Assembly (NCBI GenBank): GCA_963668645.2
Contig: CAXXWC010000018.1
Coordinates: forward strand, 558,860 to 622,859
DNA: 64,000 nucleotides
Direction: 5' to 3'
Source: Desulfobacterales bacterium
GTDB taxonomy: Bacteria; Desulfobacterota; Desulfobacteria; Desulfobacterales; UBA2174
The position numbers and the translations under genes are program-made. This document shows, in pieces, positions 1 to 8,539 of the stretch; the stretch's first letter is position 1; every line of letters starts with the position of its first letter. Below the pieces are notes generated by a model that searched no databases, had not been told where the DNA came from, and saw only the letters and a program-made list of their open reading frames with translations.

Positions 1-645
1 GAGGTTTCCCAGCGTCTCGCGGTCCTGTTCAAGCAGCATCCATGCTGGATGATCGGGCCGCTGAGCCAACAGATGGACTACTCGATTCCATCAACCCGGC
101 GATTTCTGGCCCAGAACGGCTACTACAGCAGTTTTACGCACAACGGACGATGGTATACCCTGCGTTCGATTCCTCGCTTTTCGCGCGAAGGACTGTGGTT
201 TTACCACGACATCGGCTTTTCCCGGGCCGGCAGTCTGACCCGTACGCTGGTGGCCCTGATCGATGCCAGTCTGGCAGGGATGAGCGCCGAAGCGCTCGGC
301 CAAAAGTTGCGCTGCCGTTGTCATTCGGTTCTGGTCGGGTTGTACCGCCGCGGTCTTGTCCAGCGCCAGCGCCAGGGACGCGCGAACGTTTACCTGGCCA
401 GCAATGCCAGGACCGCCGAGGCGCAACGTCGTGTCCTGGAAGCGCCCGTGGCGGCGGTGCTGCCAGCCGAGATTGCAGTGATGGTGCTGGCCGAATTCAT
501 CCGCAAGCCGTCAGCCGAGCCGGCCGAGTTGGCCCGCCGGGTGTCGGCCCGGGCCGCCGTGCGCATCAAGGCCGACCAGATCCGGGCGCTGTTTGCGCAG
601 CACGGTTTAAAAAAAATGCTGCCGTTGCGGCCATCGGCCTCCTGA
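1..645 (+). CDS. IS OrfA, putative DNA-binding accessory protein (5' truncated by window edge)
   Basis: Frame open from base 1 (EVSQRLAVLFKQHPCWMIG...GYYSSFTHNGRWYTL); overlaps OrfB at an A8 run. Confidence 0.65.
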   Translation, partial: EVSQRLAVLFKQHPCWMIGPLSQQMDYSIPSTRRFLAQNGYYSSFTHNGRWYTLRSIPRFSREGLWFYHDIGFSRAGSLTRTLVALIDASLAGMSAEALGQKLRCRCHSVLVGLYRRGLVQRQRQGRANVYLASNARTAEAQRRVLEAPVAAVLPAEIAVMVLAEFIRKPSAEPAELARRVSARAAVRIKADQIRALFAQHGLKKMLPLRPSAS

Positions 646-2450
646 GCCGCCTCAACGAACAACTGCACCAGGAGGTGCGCCCGTCGGCGTTGTTCGCGCA
701 GCCGCCGGTGGTCGATTTTCGCTACCCGCACCGGCAGTGCTCCTGCGGCGGTGCCTTGAAAGTCCAAAAGACACAAACCAAGCGCGTGGTCAGTCTTTCG
801 GTCACCTATATCGCCCGCCGGACCGTGCAACGCTGTACCCGTTGTGGCCGTGTCTGGGAAGATCCGGCCCTGCGTCAGCGGGTGGCGCATCGTTGCAATA
901 CCGCTTGGGACGTGCTGGTCTTTGTCGGCCGTCGCCTGTTCGAGGACTGCCACAGTGTCGGGCAGGTTCGCAACGAGCTGCTGGCCCGCGATGTGGTGCT
1001 GTCCGATTCTCAAATCACCAAACTCGGCCGCAAGTTTATCCTCTTGCTGGCTCTGGCCCATCGGCGCGCCACCCCGCGCATCAAGCAGGCCATGGCCAGA
1101 AGCGGCGGCTATATCCTGCATCTGGATGCCGTGCATCAAGAAGATGCGCCCGCTCTGATGTCAGGCATCGACGCTCTGAGCCGCCTGGTGTTGGCCAATG
1201 TCAAGGTGCCCAGTGAACACGCCGCTCAGATCATCCCGTTTTTGGAAAAGATCAAAGACGACTATGGCGATCCGATCGCCTGTGTGCATGACATGGGCAC
1301 AGGCATCTGCAAGGCGGTCGGGGCCGTGTTCCCCACAAGCAAAGACTTTGTCTGCCACTTTCATTTCTTGCGCGATGCGGGCAAAGACCTGATCGAGCCG
1401 GCCTACCGCGAGCTTCGTGGCTGCCTGCGTCGCCATGCGTTCAGCACCCGGTTCCGTGCGTTGGCCCGCCACGCCCGTCGGTTACTGGCCGAGCCGAACG
1501 CCCTGGCGATGTATCTGGCGGGCACCCAAACGGCTGCCGATTTGAGTCTCACGACCCCTGCGGCGGTCTATGCACTATCGCTGTGGAGCTTGCAGGCCAA
1601 ACACTGCGGCGATGGCTACGGCTTTCCTTTCGATCGCCCCTTGCTGGTACTGGCCGAACGGCTTATGATCCTGCTCGATTGCCTGCCGCGCCTGCTACAG
1701 ACACTTCCCGGCGACAACGTGGCCGGCAGCCGCTTGTTTGTCCACCTGGCACGAAAGGTGATGGATGTCGTCGCCGATCCGGTCTTCGAAAAAAGCCTCG
1801 ACTCGTTACGCTGGCGTTGCCGGCTCTTTGATCAGCTTCGCCAAGCCATGCGCATCGCACCTTCCGGAGGCCGAGACGGCCTCAACGATGATGGTGCCGC
1901 ACCCGCGATGGAAAGTATCCGCCAGAGCGTTGGCCAATTCCGTCACCGTCTCGATGCCGAAGCAAAGCTGGCAGCCGATCCGCTGTGCCGCAAACTGGCC
2001 GAACAGATCGACAAGTATCACGACAAACTGTTTGCCGACCCGATTGACGTGCAGACCCCTTCGGGGCCGCAGGTGGTTTATCCCCAGCGGACCAACAACA
2101 TCCTGGAACAGTTCTTTCGCAGCTTGCGCCGGGATCATCGCCGCCGTACCGGCGATAATCGCATGCACCGCGCGTTGCAAACCATGCTGGCCGATACCCC
2201 GTTGGTGAAAAATCTGTCCAACCCCGACTACATGAAAATCCTGCTCGACGGCCGGCCCAATATCGAAGCCCTGTTTGCTGATTTGGATCGAACCTCGGCT
2301 TCCGAGGAGCTGATACCGGCCGCGGATGCCGATCGCATTCTGCCTGGTTTTAAAGCACTGACAAAAATACCGGATCTTCCCGTTCGAATCTCACAGCGCG
2401 CTTCTGCGGCTTTATCCGGGGCAAAATCCAACCAAATTGTGTGGCCATAG
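606..2450 (+). CDS. IS OrfB, DDE transposase (true start uncertain; may be reached by -1 frameshift)
   Basis: C-terminal ~610 aa of ORF 42..2450: CSCGG/CTRCG zinc ribbon, D...D-CxxH...E catalytic arrangement. Confidence 0.8.
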   Translation, partial: FKKNAAVAAIGLLSRLNEQLHQEVRPSALFAQPPVVDFRYPHRQCSCGGALKVQKTQTKRVVSLSVTYIARRTVQRCTRCGRVWEDPALRQRVAHRCNTAWDVLVFVGRRLFEDCHSVGQVRNELLARDVVLSDSQITKLGRKFILLLALAHRRATPRIKQAMARSGGYILHLDAVHQEDAPALMSGIDALSRLVLANVKVPSEHAAQIIPFLEKIKDDYGDPIACVHDMGTGICKAVGAVFPTSKDFVCHFHFLRDAGKDLIEPAYRELRGCLRRHAFSTRFRALARHARRLLAEPNALAMYLAGTQTAADLSLTTPAAVYALSLWSLQAKHCGDGYGFPFDRPLLVLAERLMILLDCLPRLLQTLPGDNVAGSRLFVHLARKVMDVVADPVFEKSLDSLRWRCRLFDQLRQAMRIAPSGGRDGLNDDGAAPAMESIRQSVGQFRHRLDAEAKLAADPLCRKLAEQIDKYHDKLFADPIDVQTPSGPQVVYPQRTNNILEQFFRSLRRDHRRRTGDNRMHRALQTMLADTPLVKNLSNPDYMKILLDGRPNIEALFADLDRTSASEELIPAADADRILPGFKALTKIPDLPVRISQRASAALSGAKSNQIVWP

Positions 2451-3428
2451 GTCGTTCTCATATTTACGCCGGATCGATGGCGTCTTTGGCGTGGATTCAA
2501 TAATTATGAGGAAAAATTTGATGTTCACGACTTTGTGAAAGCTTATTGCGTACAGAGGGGTATCTCAACCCAGTTTCTCGACCAAGACACCCTTGGTTAC
2601 CATGATAAGTGTAGGGTGTGGTGGTGGTTATCTGTTGCCCTTTATTCCAAGGCTATGAGAACCCCATGGGTTCTCGACTCACTCGATCCTAATACCGCAT
2701 TTGTTGGATTGGGTTACTCTATCGACCAGCGAGCAGACAAAGGTAGTCACATCGTTCTTGGATGCAGCCATGTTTACAATGCGCAGGGCCAAGGATTACA
2801 GTTTCGCCTAAGCCGTATTGAAAATCCGGCTATATTCGGCGGTAACCCATTCATGTCATTTCAAGATGCTCGAAGGTTGGGCGAGAGTATTCGTACACTC
2901 TTTTGGGAGTCTCATTTAAAGTTACCTTCGCGTGTTGTGATTCACAAACAAACGCCGTTTCGAAGTGACGAACAGCGGGGGTTGCATGCGGGTCTTGAAG
3001 GTGTACAGGATTTGGAATTGATAGAAATTAACTTCGAGTCATCCCTTCGCTACATAAATTCGCAACCACAGAATGGTAAATTCATAGAGGCCCGTTACCC
3101 CGTACGCCGCGGAACTGCGGTGAAGCTGACGGATCATGAAGCATTGCTTTGGGTGCATGGTTCGACTGAAGCAGCACAAACAAATTGGACCTATTATCAG
3201 GGCAAACGCCGCATCCCTGGCCCTGTTGTTCTCAGGCGATATGCAGGCACATCGGATCTTGCTACTTTGGTCAGCGAAATTCTCGGACTTTCAAAAATGG
3301 ATTGGAACTCTGGCGATCTCTATGCGAAGCTTCCAGCAACTATTCAATCTTCGAAGCGTATAGCACGTATCGGATCGCTCTTGGATCGATTCAATAATTC
3401 ATCCTATGACTATCGGCTATTTATGTAA
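2451..3428 (+). pseudogene. C-terminal MID-PIWI portion of a prokaryotic Argonaute (short-pAgo-like, catalytically inactive), separated from its 5' part by the IS
   Basis: Frame reads continuously from 2451 (VVLIFTPDRW...FDVHDFVKAYCVQRGISTQF), then ALYSKA..PW, AFVGLGYS, VVIHKQTPF, YPVRRGT, GLSKMDWNS..LYAKLPATI, C-terminal YDYRLFM. The catalytic Asp positions are substituted. Confidence 0.85.
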
Positions 3429-3452
3429 GACAATGTCTAAACGAGAAGAATC

Positions 3453-3511
3453 ATTTAACCACCGCGTGCATGGGACGGCGAAGACCATGCCGCCCATGAC
3501 GCAGGTTATGC
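3453..3511 (+). other. Integron attC site 1 (slightly shortened)
   Basis: ATTTAAC...GTTATGC core sites; arms GCGT[G]CATGGG[A]CGGC / GCCGCCCATGACGC pair with two extrahelical bases. Confidence 0.75.
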
Positions 3512-3537
3512 CTCAAAATTAAAACTCAAAAAGGAGA

Positions 3538-4005
3538 ATGGTCATGAGCTACATTGAAAAGAATCTTATGAATGGAGAGAGCATTGTTTACCGTACGAAC
3601 TTGCACTGGGTCGTTTTTCTTTGGCCAATAATTTGGCTTGTGGTTGCAATAATGTTTTTCACTGGTGGTGGCGATGCTGCCGCAGCTGGCGCCCTGTTTA
3701 TATTGATTGCAATACTCACAGGAATTGCTTCATTTATTAATTTCAAAACATCCGAATTCGGAATAAGCAACAAACGACTTATTGTAAAAGTTGGCTTTAT
3801 CCGTAGGAATTCAATTGAGGTATTGCTTAACAAAGTAGAAGGTATTCAAGTCAATCAAGGTATTTTGGGTAGAATTCTGGGTTTTGGCTCCATCATAGTA
3901 AGTGGTACAGGAGGCACCAAAGACCCTTTTCATAAGATTGATACACCTCTTGAGTTTAGAAGAAAAGCACAAGAGCAAATTGCTATAGTCCAAGATGCTA
4001 AATGA
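3538..4005 (+). CDS. Membrane protein with bacterial PH domain (YdbS/bPH_2-like), gene cassette
   Basis: Two TM segments, then SNKRLIVKVGFIRR...QGILGRILGFGSIIVSGTG; RBS AAGGAG. Confidence 0.85.
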   Translation: MVMSYIEKNLMNGESIVYRTNLHWVVFLWPIIWLVVAIMFFTGGGDAAAAGALFILIAILTGIASFINFKTSEFGISNKRLIVKVGFIRRNSIEVLLNKVEGIQVNQGILGRILGFGSIIVSGTGGTKDPFHKIDTPLEFRRKAQEQIAIVQDAK

Positions 4006-4013
4006 AAACAATG

Positions 4014-4094
4014 GCATAACAACCGCATCAACTCGGACGTGCGAAAGCGCCGCTTCGCTCTGCTTTTTCACGCCAGTTATGCTCCCCGTTATCT
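4014..4094 (+). other. Integron attC site 2
   Basis: GCATAAC-N5-CATCAACT ... AGTTATG-N6-GTTATCT, imperfect palindrome with extrahelical C and A. Confidence 0.88.
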
Positions 4095-4117
4095 TAAAAT
4101 ACCATGAGGTATTGAAT

Positions 4118-4738
4118 ATGGAATCACAAGTTTTTATTGCATTCGTCGTAGCAACGTCAATAATGATAGCATTGCCTGGCCCTAGTGTTATCTTGACAGT
4201 TGCCCATAGCATTTCATTTGGCTGGAGACCTGCAATAGCAACTGTTGCTGGTGAGACAATGGGAATTGCTGTTCAGTTACTTGTTGCAGCTATTGGGCTT
4301 GCGTCTTTACTCAACGCTGTTGCAGGAGCATTTGAGTTGATACGTTGGGCAGGAGCCGCCTATCTTGTATATCTTGGCATAAAACAATGGAGAAGCGCAA
4401 ACGAACCCTTAGATTTTAACGCGTCTAAAGTGTCAAAAAAGAATCTCTTTATTCAGGGACTTGTTATTACAATCCCTAATCCGAAAAGCCTCGTATTTAT
4501 TGCAGCTTTTCTACCTCAATTTATAGATGACACTCATCCTATAGCACCACAATTTATTGTAATCGTGCCAACATTTTTATTGATAACTTTTACTGTAACA
4601 TCAGTTTGGGCAGTGACTGCTAGTTCTGCAAAAGTTTTTTTAAAAAACCAACGATCAATTAAAACAGTATCTCGAACATCAGGAGGATTAATGGTTTTAG
4701 CAGGTATGGGATTAGCGGTAGCTCGTCGCAGCAATTGA
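4118..4738 (+). CDS. LysE/RhtB family translocator, gene cassette
   Basis: PGPSVILTV, GAAYLVYLGI and NPKSLVFIAAFLPQF motifs; GAGG upstream of ATG 4118. Confidence 0.9.
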   Translation: MESQVFIAFVVATSIMIALPGPSVILTVAHSISFGWRPAIATVAGETMGIAVQLLVAAIGLASLLNAVAGAFELIRWAGAAYLVYLGIKQWRSANEPLDFNASKVSKKNLFIQGLVITIPNPKSLVFIAAFLPQFIDDTHPIAPQFIVIVPTFLLITFTVTSVWAVTASSAKVFLKNQRSIKTVSRTSGGLMVLAGMGLAVARRSN

Positions 4739-4745
4739 AATAAAA

Positions 4746-4763
4746 AGATAACAAGGCAAATTC
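4746..4763 (+). other. Left half of attC site 3 (interrupted)
   Basis: AGATAAC is the exact reverse complement of GTTATCT of attC2; no right arm follows. Confidence 0.6.
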
Positions 4764-5260
4764 TCGCGCCCAGCGAAGCCCGAATCGTTGGGAATCTCCA
4801 TAAGGAGGTGAAATTCGGTATTGTTACCTAGTAGGTGAAAGTCCTACCTGAGCAAAGCGTAGCCGGCAGCTCAGTAGTGAAATCCACGGGCAAGCCTGGA
4901 AACGGGAGTCCGGAGCTGGATGGATCGAGGGTGCAGGGTCTGTATTGAGCCCCGAAAAATGTATAATTGCGGACCGAGAAGATAAATCCTGCCACGCAGG
5001 AGGAAAGCCGACGTACTGAAGTATGCGGAAGGCAGTAAACCCGTACGCGTCATGGCAAGTGTGCGAGGTTTCCACCGGGGTCTGGTATCCGCTTGAGTAA
5101 GGGTAGCTCGCCCGGCATTGACCAGATTACGGCCAAGCAATACGCGGAGCATCTGGTGGAAAACGTACATGACCTGCACCAGCGGCTACGTAGCGGCCGT
5201 TATCGGGCCTTACCGGTCAAACACGTCTGGATCGACAAGGAAAACGGGAAGAGGAGATGG
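4764..5260 (+). mobile_element. Truncated group II intron (5' RNA domains plus N-terminal reverse transcriptase fragment)
   Basis: GTAGGTGAAAGTCCTAC hairpin typical of intron domain I; peptide SPGIDQIT...LHQRLRSGRYRALPVKHVWIDKENGKRR resembles the intron RT N-terminal subdomains; similarity ends abruptly. Confidence 0.75.
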
Positions 5261-5372
5261 AGTTGGCAAGGGCTTATCGGAATTTTGTTCCAGGCCAGAT
5301 CTATCATGTGATCCATCGATGTCACAAGCGGGAATTCTTTCATGGTTGGAAAAAAGGCAAAAAGGAGGCATC

Positions 5373-5475
5373 TTGGCATCTCCACAATTGATTGCGAAAA
5401 TCGAGTCAAAAGAACCGACTCTTCGGCTTGCTGTCCTAATTGACGCTGATAATGCACAAGCAGCGGTTGTTGAAA
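5373..5475 (+). pseudogene. N-terminal fragment of a NYN (LabA/DUF88) domain protein
   Basis: GGAGG RBS, then LRLAVLIDADNAQAAVVE; similarity lost afterwards. Confidence 0.55.
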
Positions 5476-5604
5476 AAGAAACCGATCTCTTTGTCACGGA
5501 AGAGCGAAAAACACCAGGGTCGAAGCAGATGGTTTTGTACATTCGTGCCAAGTAGAACGAATTGCTATTGGTTTTCAATGTAACCCACTAAATGTGAGTT
5601 AAAA

Positions 5605-5961
5605 ATGTCTATGAAAAAGACAAGTGGTTTCGTCTTGCTAATTTTGTTTTTGGTGTTGATTCATGTGGCAGGGTTTGTCAGGCTTAGTACAACAGCCATA
5701 CATAGCGAGGCGGCCTCAAGACTCGGGCTGTGGGAAAGAACAAAAGGCTATTCAACTGTGGCTGACGGAAGAAAAATCGATACGGAAAAAGCGTATTTAG
5801 ATTATATCCAGGTCGGGCCGATCAAAATCAAAAACTTCCAGGTATCTATAATCAACTATTCAGGCAATAACGATAACTATACGGGCCTTTTGGGTATGAA
5901 TTTTTTAAAAATGGTCGGGTACACTATCGACTATTCAAGGCAAGTTATTAAATGGGAATAA
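5605..5961 (+). CDS. Retropepsin-like aspartyl protease fragment (probably chimeric; no DTG motif)
   Basis: STVADGRK...IQVGPIKIKN...GLLGMNFL C-terminal motif. Confidence 0.5.
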   Translation: MSMKKTSGFVLLILFLVLIHVAGFVRLSTTAIHSEAASRLGLWERTKGYSTVADGRKIDTEKAYLDYIQVGPIKIKNFQVSIINYSGNNDNYTGLLGMNFLKMVGYTIDYSRQVIKWE

Positions 5962-5962
5962 T

Positions 5963-6184
5963 ATGTTTGAAAAGCCGGAACGTTCGTATATTTTATGGGC
6001 CAGCATTGAGGCACTTTTCATCGCTCTCGGCGCTGAAATTTCTGAAGGCAGTGGGTCTCGTGTCCGGATTGCTCTAAATGAGGTGCGAGCTGTTTTCCAT
6101 AGACCGCACCCGACCAAAGTAACAAACAAGGGCACCGTTAAATCTGTAAAGAGGTTTTTGCAAGAAGCGGGGGTAACACCATGA
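5963..6184 (+). CDS. hicA: HicA family toxin (N-terminus apparently shortened)
   Basis: EGSGSRVR...FHRPHP motif; ATGA overlap with hicB. Confidence 0.85.
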   Translation: MFEKPERSYILWASIEALFIALGAEISEGSGSRVRIALNEVRAVFHRPHPTKVTNKGTVKSVKRFLQEAGVTP

Positions 6185-6525
6185 TGGAATATAAAGGATA
6201 TTTTGCAAAGGTCGAATTTGATGATGAAGCCAATATCTTCCATGGCGAGATCATCAATTTAAGGGACGTCATCACTTTTGAGGGTGAGACTGTGGATGAA
6301 TTACGAACTGCATTGGTTGACTCTGTTGAAGACTATCTCGCGTTTTGTAAAGAACGTGGAGAAGAACCTGACAAGCCCTATTCAGGAAAATTTCTGGTTC
6401 GTGTTGAACCGGAATTACATAAAACGCTCGTTATTCAGGCCAGAAAAAACGGTAAGAGTCTAAATGCATTAGTCCATGATGCACTTTTAAAGGAAGTAAA
6501 AACAACAACCAACAACAGACTGTAG
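6181..6525 (+). CDS. hicB: HicB family antitoxin
   Basis: MEYKGY...SVEDYLAFC...PDKPYSGKFLVRV..ELH...KSLN. Confidence 0.92.
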   Translation: MMEYKGYFAKVEFDDEANIFHGEIINLRDVITFEGETVDELRTALVDSVEDYLAFCKERGEEPDKPYSGKFLVRVEPELHKTLVIQARKNGKSLNALVHDALLKEVKTTTNNRL

Positions 6526-7056
6526 CAGCCCCACCGGGGCTGGGCGGCCTTGGCAGAGCGAAAATTGGTGCTAAATCACATTTTTGGCGCGAAAAATGTG
6601 ATGATCTTCACATCATTTGACTGAAAGCCTGGCGTGAGAGAGACGCGCGACTCGTCCATCGTGTGACCGCAGTGGGGAAAGATCAACTTCCGTTCAACGA
6701 ATACGAGGGGCTTTCGTAGAAAACGATGTTGCCCAGCAGCTTGCCGCATGCCCAAATGGCGGCCTGTACTACTGGCGCAGCAGGGGAGGGCGGGCTGAAA
6801 TCGATTTTTAGATCGAAAACGGCGACCGGATATTTCCACTGGAAGTCAAAACCGGCATCAATCCGAAAAGCAAGAGCCTCAGGTCTTACGAGGAACAGTA
6901 TTCTCCGACGGCCCTGTTGCGATCCAACCTTCTTAATTTTCACCGGGACGGGAAAATACGAAACATTCCGCTCTACGCCCTATCGCAATTGCCAAGGCTC
7001 CTGGATATAATTTAAAAATCGTTCCAAGCGTTCGGATATTTTGAGATTTTTCCCAG

Positions 7057-7872
7057 TCACACATTGGACTCGTGCTTATCGGCCAGCATCCCGGCCCGGT
7101 AGGCTCTGAGGTAATGCATGCAAAAGGCGTCACGGCCGGCCAGTGCTTCAGCGGTTTTGATGTTGGCCATCATCTTGCGATCGAGAGGATTGATGATGGC
7201 GCCGTCCAAACCGCAGGCGATGGCCATGGTCATGAAGGTTTGGTTGAGAAAGGCACGTTCAGGGAGGCCATAACTGATGTTGGACAGGCCGCAGGCCGTA
7301 TGAATTCCCGGAAATGCCGCCATGATTCTGCCGACGGCGTCGAGGAATTCGACCCCAAAGCGGTCGTTGACGCTGAGAGGCTGCACAAGCGGATCGACAT
7401 GGATCGCGTCCAGGGAGAGTCCTGCAGCGGTAAGCTGGTTTACCAGTTGATCGGCGATGGCCATCCGCTCCGCCACGGTCCGGGGCATACCGTTGTCACT
7501 CATGCAAAGGGCGATCACTTTGCAGTCGGTGGCCGCGACCAGCGGCAGCATCGCCTCATAGCGCCCCTTTTCGAGGCTGATCGAGTTGATCATCGGCGTG
7601 CCGCGATGGACGGACAAGGCGGCCTCGACAGCCCCGGGGGCGGGACTGTCGATGGCGCAGGGCTTGTCTGTCACCTGTTGAACGGTCTTGACCAGCCAGC
7701 ACAACAGTTCAGCCTCGTTGTCGACGAAAACGCCGGCATTGACATCGATATAGTCGGCACCGGCCTCATCCTGGTCCCGGGCGACGCGCTGAATCACATC
7801 ACGATCCCGGGTTTCGATGGCCTGGCGGATCACCTTGCGGCTGGCGTTGATCAGTTCTCCGATGATAATCAT
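7057..7872 (-). CDS. Methyltetrahydrofolate:corrinoid methyltransferase (AcsE-like pterin-binding)
   Basis: IIIGELINAS, DYIDVNAG, MINSIS, GLSNISYGLPER. Confidence 0.92.
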   Translation of the reverse strand: MIIIGELINASRKVIRQAIETRDRDVIQRVARDQDEAGADYIDVNAGVFVDNEAELLCWLVKTVQQVTDKPCAIDSPAPGAVEAALSVHRGTPMINSISLEKGRYEAMLPLVAATDCKVIALCMSDNGMPRTVAERMAIADQLVNQLTAAGLSLDAIHVDPLVQPLSVNDRFGVEFLDAVGRIMAAFPGIHTACGLSNISYGLPERAFLNQTFMTMAIACGLDGAIINPLDRKMMANIKTAEALAGRDAFCMHYLRAYRAGMLADKHESNV

Positions 7873-8510
7873 ACTTTCTCCAAAGATTCGGGTTCCAACA
7901 GGTTGCGGGCAACGCGCACGGCCCCTGGGGCGTCTTCGCTAAACCCGGCAGCGCCGATCTGTTCGGCAAATGCCCGGGTAATGGGAGCACCGCCGACGAT
8001 GGTGCGGGTCAAGCCGGCATCGCTGAGGGAGGCCACGGTTTCGCGCATGGCCGGCATCGTCGTCGTCAGCAACGCGGAAAGCGCGATGATATCGGCATGA
8101 TGCTCTCTGGCCGCCGCTACAAAAGTCGCCGCATCGACGTCGACGCCGAGGTCGATGACGGTGAAACCACCGCCTTCCAGCATCATTGCCACCAGGTTCT
8201 TGCCGATGTCGTGCAAATCCCCCTTGACCGTGCCGATGACCACTGTACCCTGCGACTTGGCGGTGGTGGCCTTGAGGTCGGGGGCCAGCACATTCAGGCC
8301 GGCCTTCATCACCTGGGCGGCCAGCAGCATTTCAGGGACGAATATCTCCCCCTCGGAAAACCGTCTGCCCACTTCGTCCATGGCGTCGATCAGCCCGCCG
8401 GCAAGGATATCCGCTGCCGGGAGGCCCGTTGCCAGCGCGCCGGCGACCCTCTCTTTCACCTGCGCTTCGTCATAGGCGAGGATACCGTCGCGTATCGATT
8501 CTAGTGACAT
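7869..8510 (-). CDS. Corrinoid (B12-binding) protein, MtaC/MtbC-like
   Basis: FVPEMLLAA cap domain and GTVKGDLHDIGKNLV, SALLTTTM motifs. Confidence 0.95.
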   Translation of the reverse strand: MSLESIRDGILAYDEAQVKERVAGALATGLPAADILAGGLIDAMDEVGRRFSEGEIFVPEMLLAAQVMKAGLNVLAPDLKATTAKSQGTVVIGTVKGDLHDIGKNLVAMMLEGGGFTVIDLGVDVDAATFVAAAREHHADIIALSALLTTTMPAMRETVASLSDAGLTRTIVGGAPITRAFAEQIGAAGFSEDAPGAVRVARNLLEPESLEKV

Positions 8511-8539
8511 GCTTTTCTTCTTTCTCCATACGGGTTGGG

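Larger units (their letters stand above)
1..2450 (+). mobile_element. Insertion sequence (two overlapping ORFs, DDE transposase of the MULE/IS256-like CxxH type); left end lies outside the window
   Basis: OrfA is open from 1 to 645. OrfB has Zn-ribbon Cys pairs, LHLD...VHDMG...CHFH and QRTNNILE motifs. Composition switches abruptly to lower-GC Argonaute sequence right after the TAG at 2450. Confidence 0.8.

Noticed and set aside
42..605. N-terminal ~190 aa of the 802-aa ORF as part of the transposase
   Set aside because: It reads as shadow-frame sequence; the coding frame here is OrfA (1-645).
2448..2450. Pyrrolysine readthrough creating a transposase-Argonaute fusion
   Set aside because: No pyl genes in the window, and the composition break indicates an insertion junction.
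5093..5311. Retron or DGR reverse transcriptase (with the FGE-domain gene at 30624 as DGR target)
   Set aside because: Only a short intron-type N-terminal RT fragment with no YADD motif, and no template/variable repeat pair was seen.
6505..6580. attC after hicB
   Set aside because: An AAC-containing start is present but there is no convincing complementary arm or GTT core site.
6576..7050. Short ORFs between hicB and the methyltransferase
   Set aside because: No recognisable motifs or RBS; likely spurious or unidentifiable remnants.
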